Assembly: GCA_965223265.1 (NCBI GenBank)
Contig: OZ244999.1
Location: 3,872,001 to 3,936,000, forward strand
DNA length: 64,000 nt
Origin: Planctomycetota bacterium
GTDB taxonomy: Bacteria > Planctomycetota > UBA8108 > SXIK01
Direction: 5' to 3'
A program made the translations under genes and the position numbers. The notes under the pieces were generated by a model, which saw nothing but the letters and a program-made list of their open reading frames with translations, searched no databases and had not been told where the DNA came from. Positions 9,613 through 19,761 of the stretch are shown in pieces. Positions within the stretch are counted from its first letter, which is position 1. Every line of letters begins with the position of its first letter.

Positions 9613-10275
9613 TCATGGACGTGGGCTCCTCTCAGCACCGCCGTGGCTCACCAACGTCGCTCGAAGCTTCTCGCGTGCACGAACGAGGAGCGACTTCACT
9701 GCTGACGGGGTTGTTTCCAGCACTTCCGCAATCTCGGCATAGGAGAGGTGCTCAGAGAACTGCAGCTCCAAGGCCGCACGCTGATTCGTCGGCAGCTCGG
9801 CAACCGCGCTTCGCAGCACTGCATTCAACTCATGACGCTCCAGCGCTTCGTGTGGCAGCTCTGCGCTGCGATCGGCGACGTTGCTTAAGAAGTCATTCGC
9901 CTCGTCGGGCGCCGAGTTTTGAGCGGGCACGTCCCGAATCACCCGGCGTCGGCGACGCTGGGAGCGCAGCTCGTTGAGAGCCAGGCGTCGTGCTATCGTC
10001 AAGAGCCACGTCGTGAACCTCGCCGTTGGCGTGTAGCTCTGCCGCGCGCGGTAGACTCGCAGAAACGTCTCCTGGACGAGATCGTCGGCACGGTCCGCGT
10101 CGCCGACGGTGCGCAGAACGAACTGAAAGACACTCGATTGGTAGGCTGCCACAATTTCGTCAAAGGCTCTTTCATCGCCATGCTGGAGCGCCTTCATCCA
10201 CGCGACGCCGGCGTCGGCCGGAGCCAGCTCTGCTGCGTCACCGCAGCTTGGACTCTCCGGATCAGATCGATTCAC
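9613..10275 (-). CDS. ECF RNA polymerase sigma factor
   Basis: ADDLVQETFLRVY, FTTWLLTIARR, LSYAEIAEVL...AVKSLLVRAR; GTG start at 10275 after AGGA (start uncertain). Confidence 0.92.
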   Translation of the reverse strand: MNRSDPESPSCGDAAELAPADAGVAWMKALQHGDERAFDEIVAAYQSSVFQFVLRTVGDADRADDLVQETFLRVYRARQSYTPTARFTTWLLTIARRLALNELRSQRRRRRVIRDVPAQNSAPDEANDFLSNVADRSAELPHEALERHELNAVLRSAVAELPTNQRAALELQFSEHLSYAEIAEVLETTPSAVKSLLVRAREKLRATLVSHGGAERSPRP

Positions 10276-10543
10276 AGCGGTTCCTGAACGTGGCGCGATG
10301 TCTCTTGCATTGCCAATTCCTTGAACCCCGGTTCGCGGCGAGAGTTGCGGTCGTCCTGTCGGGCTGCACCTCTGCGCGCACAGTTTAAACAAAACTCTGA
10401 CATGGTGTTACAACATTCAACCAGCCTTCACTGGCACCGATATAGCGGTGCCGGTCGCTCCGTGGTAAGGTGCGGCAGCCATCGTTCGCTGCGTACGCTG
10501 CGGTCGCCGCCGCGAGACGCCGCACGCCACGGGAGGGCCCAAA

Positions 10544-12610
10544 GTGAGGTGGCTCAAGAGTCTCATCATTTGTACGCTTTTCTGCGCCGTGCTCGTAGCC
10601 GCCGCGGTGTGGCACTATTACTCGCCCGGACAGGCGCACAAACGCCTCCAGGCACACGCCAGCAGCCTCCTCGGCGTCCCGGTGCGCCTCCAGGGTTGCG
10701 AGAGCGGATTCCTACGCGGCGGAGTGAGGGTCGCTCGGCTCGACGTGCCAGCGTTCCCGATCGTCCGAAGCGGTACGCTCTTGACCTTGGAGAAACTTGC
10801 CCAGCGACACCCAGCTGATCTTTCGGCTCCGGCTGTGCGCCTGCGAATGGTCCTCGCTCCGACCGACGTGGAGCCACGGCGCTTCGACATTGCCCGCGCG
10901 GTGTTGCGTCTGGAGTATCAACCCCACCTGACGCACTCCAGCAGCGCTCGCGGGAGCTGGAATACCGTGCCGCTGGCCCACGCTGCCGCCGACCCCGTCG
11001 CCCTCGAGCGGAGCGGGTATTTTTCTGCCTTCGTCGACGAATGCTCGGTGAGTGTCGAGCGCTACGACGCCGATGGGTCTGTTGACTCTCTCGCCGTGCG
11101 TTTCGAAGATGTCGAAGTGAGCCGGACCAGCAATGGGCAAGTGTTGGCTGTGGGCGATCTCACCGAGGGGCCGCACTGGGTCGGTGGGGCACTCACTGTA
11201 CGCGTCGCCGCCGACGAATCGGTCGCCGTCTCCGGGCGGATCGATGATCTGCGGCTCGGTGACGAGCGTTGGGAACGCCTCGTGCCGATCTGGAGCGCGC
11301 TGACACACGGTCTGTCGCTCGACGGTACGGTGGATGTCGACCTCGACTCGCTGCGCCTGTCCGTCTCTGGCATCGAACAACTGGAGGCGACCCTGCGAAG
11401 CTACGGGGCGCACGTCACCCTTGGGCACGGCGATTTGCAGCTGCGAAACGTCCGCGGCTCTCTTAGTGTGACCGATCAAGGCGTCCGGAGCTTGGACGTA
11501 ACCACAAATGGGGTGACGGAACGTCAGGCACCGCTCGAGGCGGATCTCTGGGGTGTTCCGGTGCGCGTGAGCGGCGTCAGCGACGCGGGCTCGGCGCGTT
11601 GGGACATTGACCTTCCCGCCACGTCGCTGCAGGAAGCCACCCAGGCGACCCGGCCGACCTGGTCGACAACGCTCGCAGACGTCGAGAAAACCACCCGCGT
11701 CCTCGAACAGGCTCGAGCCGAGGGCGAGATCGCAGGGGGCATCAAGGCGGAGATTCGAGACGGCGCGGTCGACCGTTGGATCGCCGACTTTCTCGTCACG
11801 GTCAAGTCGTTCGGTGCCTGGCCTTGGCTCGAGAACGGACGCGCCATTGTGCAGTTGAAGTCGGTGCGTGGACACACGGAAGGCAGCCTCGACGTTCACT
11901 CGCTGACGTGGCGTGGGGTGGGGAGGCTGAGTGGCCAAGCGAGCGTCCAGGCAACGAAGGAACAGCTCACCTTGTCGATGCCGGAACTTCGCGTCTCAGA
12001 CGCGTCTGCCGAGCCACTGGTCGTCGGGCCGCGGGAGGCTACCGAACAGGACACGAGCGGTGGCAAGATTTTCGGTAGCGTGTCGTGGAACTGGGGGACA
12101 GGCATCAGTGCAGTGGATCTACGCTGGGTCAAGCTCGCGCTCGACAGCCCAGACGTTGCCATAGGTCGCTTGGATGGCGCGGTGTCGTCTGGGGCGAACG
12201 ACGCGATCACCGGACGTTTCGACCTCGCGGACGTGTCACTATCGACGCGGCTCTTTTCTTCGGCAGACGAGTCCGCCCCCGACAACACCCCGTGGGAGTT
12301 CGAGCGCGGCAGTGGTCAAGTGCGACTGCAAGAAGGTGAGATTCACCTGCTTGGACTCAAGATTCTGGGCGAGCGGCGCACCGTGAGACTGCGCGGCAAG
12401 CGCCACGTCTCCGGAGACCTCGACTGCGTCGTCGTTTTGTCGCCGGACGGCGGCGCAGCGTATCGCGACGACCGTCTGGACGCTGCCGCCGTCACCGAAT
12501 GGTGGAGGGCCGCCGGAGAGGGACGCCGTGCCTACCGGCTGACGGGCCGCATCGGCAGCTTGAAGACGCGCCAACTGGGGCCGGGCGAGCTCGCGTTCAT
12601 CAAACTGTAA
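10544..12610 (+). CDS. Hypothetical AsmA-like beta-strand-rich envelope protein
   Basis: N-terminal TM anchor followed by about 650 aa of alternating beta-strand pattern; AsmA-like is an inference. Confidence 0.55.
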   Translation: MRWLKSLIICTLFCAVLVAAAVWHYYSPGQAHKRLQAHASSLLGVPVRLQGCESGFLRGGVRVARLDVPAFPIVRSGTLLTLEKLAQRHPADLSAPAVRLRMVLAPTDVEPRRFDIARAVLRLEYQPHLTHSSSARGSWNTVPLAHAAADPVALERSGYFSAFVDECSVSVERYDADGSVDSLAVRFEDVEVSRTSNGQVLAVGDLTEGPHWVGGALTVRVAADESVAVSGRIDDLRLGDERWERLVPIWSALTHGLSLDGTVDVDLDSLRLSVSGIEQLEATLRSYGAHVTLGHGDLQLRNVRGSLSVTDQGVRSLDVTTNGVTERQAPLEADLWGVPVRVSGVSDAGSARWDIDLPATSLQEATQATRPTWSTTLADVEKTTRVLEQARAEGEIAGGIKAEIRDGAVDRWIADFLVTVKSFGAWPWLENGRAIVQLKSVRGHTEGSLDVHSLTWRGVGRLSGQASVQATKEQLTLSMPELRVSDASAEPLVVGPREATEQDTSGGKIFGSVSWNWGTGISAVDLRWVKLALDSPDVAIGRLDGAVSSGANDAITGRFDLADVSLSTRLFSSADESAPDNTPWEFERGSGQVRLQEGEIHLLGLKILGERRTVRLRGKRHVSGDLDCVVVLSPDGGAAYRDDRLDAAAVTEWWRAAGEGRRAYRLTGRIGSLKTRQLGPGELAFIKL

Positions 12611-12637
12611 TCCCTGGCCGCAAGCGCCAGCGTGAAG

Positions 12638-12666
12638 TTGTCAATGCGGAGGGGCCTGGCTATAAT
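12638..12666 (+). promoter_or_regulatory. Sigma70-type promoter for the tRNA
   Basis: TTGTCA-17 bp-TATAAT followed by a GC-rich discriminator, about 175 nt upstream of tRNA-Ala. Confidence 0.8.
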
Positions 12667-12843
12667 GCGCCCCCTCGCTTCAAGCCAGCGCTCGGATCAA
12701 CCGACAAAGGAGCTGGCGTTCGCACCTGGTGCTGTCGCAGCCAAGTGAAGACGCGAGCGCAAAAGAGAAAACCACGAGGCGGAAAGCACTCGGGAAACCA
12801 TTCGGATCGTCCCGAAGACTCTGAACAATACGGGGAACAATAC

Positions 12844-12919
12844 GGGCCTATAGCTCAGTTGGGAGAGCGCTGCGTTCGCAATGCAGAGGTCAAGGGTTCG
12901 AATCCCTTTAGGTCCACCA
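12844..12919 (+). tRNA. tRNA-Ala (anticodon CGC)
   Basis: GGGCCTA/TAGGTCC acceptor stem with G3:U70, D arm TAGCTCAGTTGGGAGAGC, anticodon arm CTGCG-TTCGCAA-TGCAG, GGTTCGAATCC T arm, encoded CCA. Confidence 0.97.
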
Positions 12920-12925
12920 AAAAAC

Positions 12926-12964
12926 ACCCTCCGTGGCGTCCTCTGCGTCGCGGAGGGTTTTTTT
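12926..12964 (+). terminator. Rho-independent terminator after tRNA
   Basis: ACCCTCCG...CGGAGGGT stem followed by a T run. Confidence 0.85.
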
Positions 12965-13103
12965 ACGGCCTTTTGCTTCCTCGCCTGGCGTCCCGAGGGG
13001 CCAGACAGAGTTTTGGAGCAGGCGCCCAAGGGGCTTGGAACCTGGGCAAGTCCATACGGCGCGGCTGGCGCGAGATGAACACACTCGAGGCTAAGGTCGG
13101 AGC

Positions 13104-13469
13104 TCATTTGATGCGCACGACGCGCGCTCCATGAGTGAGTCGTTCGATGCTGACGCGGTAGCCATTCGCCACGAGAATCTCTCTGACGGTGTCACCGTCG
13201 GCAGCGTCGATCTTGACCGCGACTTCGATAACACGGTCGGCAAGACGAGAATCGATGATCACCTCGAGCCCAGTCCAGTGCTTCAGAAAGACACCGAAGT
13301 CTCTGAGCGGAATGCGCGCCGCCTCGATCACCACTTTTTCTGCAGTCCCGTTCTCTGGTAGCCGGGCTAGGGTCTCGGAGGACAGCCACTTGTGCGCCAA
13401 CGCAACGAGGGTGCCCGCAAGAAGCAACAACGCCAGAACGCCAAACGCGGTGGCCAAGTTTCGTTGCAT
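13104..13469 (-). CDS. Small protein with STN/secretin-N0-like domain
   Basis: GAGGAG RBS; N-terminal TM; IPLRDF..FL...TGL.VIID...I.V...IL.ANGY pattern typical of N0/STN domains. Confidence 0.55.
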   Translation of the reverse strand: MQRNLATAFGVLALLLLAGTLVALAHKWLSSETLARLPENGTAEKVVIEAARIPLRDFGVFLKHWTGLEVIIDSRLADRVIEVAVKIDAADGDTVREILVANGYRVSIERLTHGARVVRIK

Positions 13470-13696
13470 TGTCTCCTCGTCGTCGAACTCGTTGACGTCG
13501 ATCGAACCGCCACGCCGCGACGCCAGCATGCTCTCGAGATCCTTGTCCCAGCGACCGAAGTGAACTGGGCCCCTTCGGCTCGACCGATAGAATGCCGTTT
13601 TTTGGCTGGCGTTGAGGTCTCACCGAGGCCCGTCGCCGATCACAGTGAAAGTCCGGCCAGTGCCACTCCCCACGAAGCTTCGAAAAACAGTGTACA

Positions 13697-14776
13697 ATGA
13701 AAGGTGCCTTGCGTCTCGGACTTGACACCGAGCGTCAGTCGAAACGCTCAACTGAAAGCCGCGAGGATTCCGTGCACGAGCTTCGCGCCATCCCCTCCGA
13801 ACCAAGCTCGAAGCCCTCCGCTGGCATGGGCCGGTGGGAGTTCGGCTTCGGTTGCCTCCTCGCCCCACTCGGCGCTGGCGTGTTTTTGCTGCTTCTCGCT
13901 CTTGCCCTTAAGAACGACTGGCCTTTGCCTCCACCGCTTCTGATCGGTGCGCTCTTCTTCGCTTGGATTTGGCTTCATCAATACAGCGGCATGCGGATCG
14001 GCCAAAGTTTCGACCGCATGCTTTCCGAGCCGCTCCGGGGTCACCACCCCCTTCGTCCCTCGAAATCGCTTGCCCGTCGGACGCCATGGCTGGAGCTCAT
14101 TGGCCTCTGCTTGGCGACGCTCTTCATGGTTTCCCTTCCCTTTCGGGAAGCAAACGGCTTCCTGATCGTCGCGTTTGCGGCGATCGCCACAGCCATCGTA
14201 CTGCACAGCAAGTCACGACGCAGCGACAACGAATCACAGCAAGAGTCGACGACGCCAAGACACCGAATGGCCGTGTTCTGCAAGGCCATCACAATCTGCA
14301 CATCGGTAGGACTCGCCACCGCATGCGGGCTGTTAGCGATCAGCGCGAGTATGAACGAGTCGCTTTCCGATGCGCTGGAGTCGCGTAACGGCGATCTGAC
14401 GCTTGCGCTTCGGAGCGTGGGACGCGGGATCGTGCGAACTTCGGGTTCAGAGGTCTACTTCGTCGACATCGGAATGTCTGCTCCGCTGCGATCGAAAGTC
14501 AGGGACGACGATTTGGCGGATATAGCCAAGCTTGAATCCCTCGAATTCCTACGGCTCGACCGATCGTACGTGACAGACGCTGGATTGCGTACCATCACTA
14601 TGTTTCCGGCGTTGAGGTTTCTTGACGTCAGCAGTACCGCGATCACCGATGACGGCCTCATCCACCTCAGGCAAATGAACCAACTCGAGCAACTCAATCT
14701 GACGAACACGCGAGTGACCGCACCGGGAATCCAAGAGCTGCGCAGCGCGCTACCGGATTGTCTGATCGTCTGGTAA
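13697..14776 (+). CDS. Membrane protein with C-terminal leucine-rich repeats
   Basis: Several TM helices, then LxxLxLxxTxVTDxGL repeats ending in ELRSALPDCLI; true start may be later. Confidence 0.8.
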   Translation: MKGALRLGLDTERQSKRSTESREDSVHELRAIPSEPSSKPSAGMGRWEFGFGCLLAPLGAGVFLLLLALALKNDWPLPPPLLIGALFFAWIWLHQYSGMRIGQSFDRMLSEPLRGHHPLRPSKSLARRTPWLELIGLCLATLFMVSLPFREANGFLIVAFAAIATAIVLHSKSRRSDNESQQESTTPRHRMAVFCKAITICTSVGLATACGLLAISASMNESLSDALESRNGDLTLALRSVGRGIVRTSGSEVYFVDIGMSAPLRSKVRDDDLADIAKLESLEFLRLDRSYVTDAGLRTITMFPALRFLDVSSTAITDDGLIHLRQMNQLEQLNLTNTRVTAPGIQELRSALPDCLIVW

Positions 14777-14828
14777 CGCCTCAACTCATATGCTGGAACT
14801 CTCGCGGCGCCGATGTTGATCGCGCGGA

Positions 14829-16352
14829 TCACCCAGCAGCCTCGAACGCCGCCACAACTGCACGCTTCTGGATCTTCCCCAGCGCGGTGCGTGGGAGCGC
14901 GGCGACGACTCTAAGGCGCGTCGGGATCTTGTAGGGCGCCAAGTGAGCCTTGGCCCAAGCGCGCAGCGACTCAAGGTCGATGGCCTGCCCGGGCGCCAGC
15001 ACGATCGCCGCCGCAACGCGCTCACCCCACTCCTCGTCCTCGAGTCCGACCACGGCGCACTCGGCGATCGCCGCGTGACTCAAAAGCACCTCCTCGACCT
15101 CAAGCGCCGAGATTTTGTAGCCACCACTCTTGAGCATGTCTGTCGAACGACGGCCGAGGATGCGATAAGAACCGCTCTCGAGCAAGGCTTCGTCTCCGGT
15201 CTTGAACCAGCCGTCCGCGGTATAGGACGCCGCCGTCTCCGATGGTCGCTCCCAGTACTCGAGAAACATCGCTTGCCCGCGCACCTGAAGCTCGCCCGAT
15301 GCGCCGGCGCCGAGCGCACGCCCGCTGTCGTCGGCAACGCGCACGTCCATGCCCGGAAACGGCGCCCCCACACAGCCGCGCCGACGCTCGCCGTCGAGAG
15401 GGTTGGTGAGCGCCATGCCGATCTCCGTCATGCCGTAGCGCTCGAGGATCGTTTCGCCGGTGATCTCGCGCCAGCGCTCGAAGAGATTCGGTGAAAGCGC
15501 CGCCGAGCCCGAGACGACGAGACGCAGCCGAGCGGCCGCGGCGCTCATCCTGCGCTGGGCGTCTTCTGTGGATTCATCCCACACCTTGACGAGACGCGCG
15601 TAAACCGTTGGAACCGCCATGAACAGTGTCAACCCTGGCGGCGATTGCGTGAATCGACTCCAAATCCGCTCGGCAGTGGCGCCGGGAAGAAACTCGCACA
15701 GCGCGCCGCACGAAAGCGGTGTCAGCAGTAGGTTGAAAATGCCGTGGACGTGATGGAGCGGCAGCGTGTGCAGCACGTGGTCATCGCGCGTCCAGCCCCA
15801 GCTATCGATCATCGCCTGCACTTCTGCGGCCAACGCTTCGTGGGTCCACACGGCTCCCTTTGGTCTGCCGGTAGAACCGCTGGTGTAAACGAGAATAGCT
15901 CGCCGCCCCGGATCAACATCGGGCAGCGTCGCGTGAGCGCCGACGCCCAGGTCCGTACCAAGACGGACGCAGCGCAGCGGGCGCTCATCCGTGGCAAGTG
16001 ACACGACCCGCCCTTCGAACTCACTGTCGACGACGATCGTTCTCGCACCGGCGTCGTCAATGACGTGGGCCATTTCAGCTGCCGGGTGAGACGTCGCTAG
16101 CGGTACCGCAATCCCACCAGCTCGCCAGATTCCCCACTGAGCGACAACGTAGGCAGCGCCGGGCGCCACCAGCAGTGCCACGCGCTCCTCGCGGAGATCT
16201 TGACGCCCATCGAGGAGCCGAGCGGCCAGACTGGCCGAGGCATCTAGGAGCTCCGAGTAACGAACGTCGCAACTTCCTTCGGCCTTGATCTGCCGCAACG
16301 CCGGGCGCTCACCGAACGCGGCGGCTTTTTCGATGATCGCAATGGCACACAC
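14829..16352 (-). CDS. Acyl-CoA synthetase (malonyl-CoA synthetase/ACSF3-like)
   Basis: YTSGSTGRPKG, LPLHHVHG, FMAVPTVY, ERYGMTE, WFKTGD, PRTALGK. Confidence 0.9.
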   Translation of the reverse strand: MCAIAIIEKAAAFGERPALRQIKAEGSCDVRYSELLDASASLAARLLDGRQDLREERVALLVAPGAAYVVAQWGIWRAGGIAVPLATSHPAAEMAHVIDDAGARTIVVDSEFEGRVVSLATDERPLRCVRLGTDLGVGAHATLPDVDPGRRAILVYTSGSTGRPKGAVWTHEALAAEVQAMIDSWGWTRDDHVLHTLPLHHVHGIFNLLLTPLSCGALCEFLPGATAERIWSRFTQSPPGLTLFMAVPTVYARLVKVWDESTEDAQRRMSAAAARLRLVVSGSAALSPNLFERWREITGETILERYGMTEIGMALTNPLDGERRRGCVGAPFPGMDVRVADDSGRALGAGASGELQVRGQAMFLEYWERPSETAASYTADGWFKTGDEALLESGSYRILGRRSTDMLKSGGYKISALEVEEVLLSHAAIAECAVVGLEDEEWGERVAAAIVLAPGQAIDLESLRAWAKAHLAPYKIPTRLRVVAALPRTALGKIQKRAVVAAFEAAG

Positions 16353-16437
16353 GGCTTCTCGACTCGTTCACCTCAGCAAGCGGGCAGACGGCAGATGTCC
16401 GAAGACGTCTCCGAATAGTGCCGCGATACAGTCGGTC

Positions 16438-16935
16438 TCAAGACCCGTGCGCGATCAAGGCGTAAAGCTGACGCGTCGTCGTGCCGTACGCCGTTTCGTA
16501 TTCGAGCCGCAGGTGGACAGGCAGCATCCGGTACGTCATCGAGCAATCATCGTTGTCCAAACCGCCGCGACCGTCAAGATCGAGAACCGGACCGAACCCG
16601 GCAGGGATCGCCAGTTCATTCACAAACGTCGCAATGCGGATGCGTGCGTCCTGGCCGTCGGCTCCTTGTAGCTGCGACACCAACACCTCGACCCCGTTGT
16701 AATTCTGATGCAGCGTGCGAAAGTCTTCGCGCTTCAGCAGCTCCAACACGTCCTCAAAAGCGACGCGCGCGGTATCGATTTCGCTCGACGCATTGGCACC
16801 GGCGGAATTGGTGTGCGCTAGAGCGAACACGCTCATGACACCGACAACGTACACGGCAACCGCAACAGCGAACTCGAGCAGAAGCGCGCCGGAGCGATTG
16901 TGGAGCGCGTCTCGTCTTATGGAGCGCATCGTCAA
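16438..16935 (-). CDS. Minor pilin/pseudopilin-like protein (PilV-like)
   Basis: RSG|ALLLE followed by a hydrophobic helix (class III signal-like); last gene of a three-gene cluster. Confidence 0.65.
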   Translation of the reverse strand: MTMRSIRRDALHNRSGALLLEFAVAVAVYVVGVMSVFALAHTNSAGANASSEIDTARVAFEDVLELLKREDFRTLHQNYNGVEVLVSQLQGADGQDARIRIATFVNELAIPAGFGPVLDLDGRGGLDNDDCSMTYRMLPVHLRLEYETAYGTTTRQLYALIAHGS

Positions 16936-18347
16936 AACTCCCGGTAGTGGAGTGGGCTATAGCTGCGCACGTTGCCGCGAAACCACTCGAGGGTCTGCGA
17001 TGAGTACCTGATCTCGGTGACGCCGGCGACGGCTTGGATCAAGCTGCCATCGACCATGAGGCCACCGACCATTTGAATGTCGCCCGCGGCAGCGTCGAAC
17101 GCCACGTCGCCGCGCACGATGAGGACTCCTTCAAACTGAAACGGACCGCTGAGCGACACCGAGCCGTTGACAACCAAAATGCCCTTGCCGCCTTCCCCGG
17201 AAAGCTGGAGATCGCCGTCGGAGTAGATGATCGGCACGGCGATCTGCTCGAGCGTATCGGTGGTGCCGCCCATGAGAGTGCCGTCGGTCTCCTCGTAGAC
17301 TCCGGATGTGTCGGTACTCGTGGTGAAGAGGGAGCTCGAACGGAGCGTAGAGTCAGTCGTTGACTGCGTCGAGGTCGAAGTCGACGTCGAGTCGGTGCTT
17401 GATCTCGTGGTCGACATTGATAGGAAACCACTCGAGTCCGATGTCGTCGTATCGTGGGAGCCGCCCGACCAAGATGAAATCATTCCCGAAAGAAGAAGGC
17501 TGTAGTCTTGAGAGATGTTGAGATCGGTGTAGGAACCGGGAACCAGATGTCGCGTCGCCTTACCGCGAAAGGTGTCGAAGACCGGACCAAAAACATCGCC
17601 GTCGATTTCACCCACCGAAGGTGTTCCGTCGGCTCCCTCGATCGTCAGCTGACCGGCCTGCGACGTCTGCGACAGAAGCGCCAGCAGATGATCTCCTGGA
17701 GACTCGCCGGCGTTCGTCGTCAAACCGGGTAACGTTTCGCCGCCGCCCGACGTCGAGCTGTCGTTGCCGCTCAGGAGCAAGTTGGCACCGGCGAGCACCT
17801 CAAGCTGCATCTCCGGGTTGACGTACGTTGCTGACGGCAGCGCGAATCGCTCCAGCTCATTGCCGTAGACGCGCTCGAGAGTCACGGTCTCGGTTGCGGT
17901 GAAGCACGTCGAGACGATCCGAAACACGCCGCTGTACGGCGTCGGGTAGACACTGACGAGAAGACGCGCGCCGATCTCCGGCGGTCCGATCGGCACCGGA
18001 GCCAGGTTTGGCTCGCCCGGAGTCGGGATTCCATCGCCCTCGCCGGAGTCGAGCGATCCCGCGATACGGTCGGCGCCGATGTCGTCGTCGCTCGTCCAGT
18101 CGATCGTGCCGACGTTGCCTTGATTGCCGGAGACGTAGTTGTCGAAGTCGTGCGCCGCGAGGGTGAAGCCGGACTCCGCGTACATTCTCAGGTCGAATCG
18201 CGTCGCGTAGGCGTGCGCTTGGCGCAGTCCGTCGTGCATGAGTGATGCCTGCAAAGTCACGAGAGTGACCATCGCCATGACGACGACAAGCGTCAGGGCT
18301 AAAACGCTGCCGCGTTCACCGGTGGTCTCTCGAATGACGCTCCGCAC
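16932..18347 (-). CDS. PilX-like minor pilin with Ser/Thr-rich insert
   Basis: ERG|SVLALTLVVV (no E5), YAESG motif, C-terminal G.GILVV.G...F.G..IV.G repeats and I.YS motif. Confidence 0.75.
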   Translation of the reverse strand: MRSVIRETTGERGSVLALTLVVVMAMVTLVTLQASLMHDGLRQAHAYATRFDLRMYAESGFTLAAHDFDNYVSGNQGNVGTIDWTSDDDIGADRIAGSLDSGEGDGIPTPGEPNLAPVPIGPPEIGARLLVSVYPTPYSGVFRIVSTCFTATETVTLERVYGNELERFALPSATYVNPEMQLEVLAGANLLLSGNDSSTSGGGETLPGLTTNAGESPGDHLLALLSQTSQAGQLTIEGADGTPSVGEIDGDVFGPVFDTFRGKATRHLVPGSYTDLNISQDYSLLLSGMISSWSGGSHDTTTSDSSGFLSMSTTRSSTDSTSTSTSTQSTTDSTLRSSSLFTTSTDTSGVYEETDGTLMGGTTDTLEQIAVPIIYSDGDLQLSGEGGKGILVVNGSVSLSGPFQFEGVLIVRGDVAFDAAAGDIQMVGGLMVDGSLIQAVAGVTEIRYSSQTLEWFRGNVRSYSPLHYREF

Positions 18348-18363
18348 GACTCGTCTGTTCCTT

Positions 18364-18942
18364 TCAATTACGAAAATTCACGGTCACCGTTGAAGACACA
18401 CTGAGCTGGGTCTCCGTGCCCTTCTTGGCAGCGACGTTTGTCACCGACAGCTGTACGGCGTCCGAACCGACGGCGGCGAACGCCGAACGATCCACCGCGA
18501 CCCCAGCGCAGACGACCGCGAATTCTCCGGTCATCAAGTTTCGGCGTACGATCCGGCCGTCGTCGACAATGCCATCGCCATTGTCGTCGGCGCCGTTTAC
18601 AGTTTCGCCCGAGTTCAACCGAATCTCGTAGCTCACCTGGTCCCCAGCAACGGAACCGGTTTCGTCGTACCCGGCTGGGAGCGTCAGCGTCAGCACGCGC
18701 CCTGCATTCTCCACGATGGCGCTGCCGCGCATAGCCCGCCGCACGTCGCTGCTGACACGATCAACCACAATGCGGTTGCGCTCGGCGAGGCGGTTGTGAA
18801 GATCGTTCTCGAGCGATGAGCTCGTCGCCGTCAAAAACGTCGCCACGAGCGGGGCACCCAGCGCAGCGGTCAGCGCCGTATAGAGAGCCACCTCAAATAG
18901 TGTGTGCCCTCTCGACCTGACGCTCATCCGACGCTGTTTCAA
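18364..18942 (-). CDS. Prepilin-type N-terminal cleavage protein (PilW-like)
   Basis: RG|HTLFEV, D..R.A motif, DDNGDGIVDD loop, C-terminal V.FRN. Confidence 0.75.
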   Translation of the reverse strand: MKQRRMSVRSRGHTLFEVALYTALTAALGAPLVATFLTATSSSLENDLHNRLAERNRIVVDRVSSDVRRAMRGSAIVENAGRVLTLTLPAGYDETGSVAGDQVSYEIRLNSGETVNGADDNGDGIVDDGRIVRRNLMTGEFAVVCAGVAVDRSAFAAVGSDAVQLSVTNVAAKKGTETQLSVSSTVTVNFRN

Positions 18943-19020
18943 TGGCGGCGCTCTCTATTCTTGACGAATACCTCGACGAGTTCGAAACCATCAATTGTCC
19001 AGTTTTGGGGCAGTTTCCCG

Positions 19021-19761
19021 CTACCGACGGACCTTTGACGTCGAAGAGTACGATGGATTATCGATGTCGTCAAATCGACTACGTTCTCGCACCCTTTGAC
19101 GCAGCACATTCTCCCAAGCGGTGACGTCTTTCCCGCAGCGCGCGCCCGTGGCACGCTCAAGCGACCTGATGAGGGCACGCTGCGTGGTCTCGTCCTTTTC
19201 CGTTGCGAGGAGCGCGACGAGCGCCTCGAGTCTGACCTTCCAATCGCCCAGAGTCTTGATCGCGAGTTGACGATTCCTCGCGTCGCGTTCGCTCCGCAAG
19301 TAGCGTACGAGCTCAGAAGCCCCAGCGTCGCCGAGCGAGCGTACAGCGCCGACGGCGCTGCGTCGAACGAGTGGTGAGGCGTCCCAAAGGCCCTCAGCAA
19401 CGACCGCGAGATCGTCTTCGACGTTACCCAAATCGCCGAGCACCCTGAGGGCGAAAACCTTTGCGCGAACCCTGCCGCGCCGACTCTCGCGGACAAGAAC
19501 AGTTCGCGATTCAGGATAGGAACGTCTGAGAGTCTCCATCGCACTATGCAGCGTCGCTGCGTCCGACGACGTGTTGAGGACTTCGACTGCCGCGCGGAAA
19601 CGCTTCTCGGCATCTGCCTTGCGCTTCGCGTCCGCGAACGAATCGGCGGCGGTCGCACCGCTCGTCAGAACGCCGATGAGAAAACAACCCATCAAAAAAG
19701 AGCCGATCAATCGGCAGCTGATCGGAGACGATTTTCTGAGTCGGAGGTGCTTCGTTGGCAT
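19021..19761 (-). CDS. Exported HEAT-repeat protein
   Basis: Hydrophobic signal ending ATAA; HEAT repeats (DASPLVRRSAVGAV, EKDETTQRALIRSL); start uncertain. Confidence 0.7.
   Translation of the reverse strand: MPTKHLRLRKSSPISCRLIGSFLMGCFLIGVLTSGATAADSFADAKRKADAEKRFRAAVEVLNTSSDAATLHSAMETLRRSYPESRTVLVRESRRGRVRAKVFALRVLGDLGNVEDDLAVVAEGLWDASPLVRRSAVGAVRSLGDAGASELVRYLRSERDARNRQLAIKTLGDWKVRLEALVALLATEKDETTQRALIRSLERATGARCGKDVTAWENVLRQRVRERSRFDDIDNPSYSSTSKVRR

Noticed and set aside
10712-11938. 408-aa antisense ORF (and similar ones such as 55293-56462, 120-1040, 61594-62511)
   Set aside because: These are shadow frames expected opposite GC-rich genes, with no recognisable motifs.
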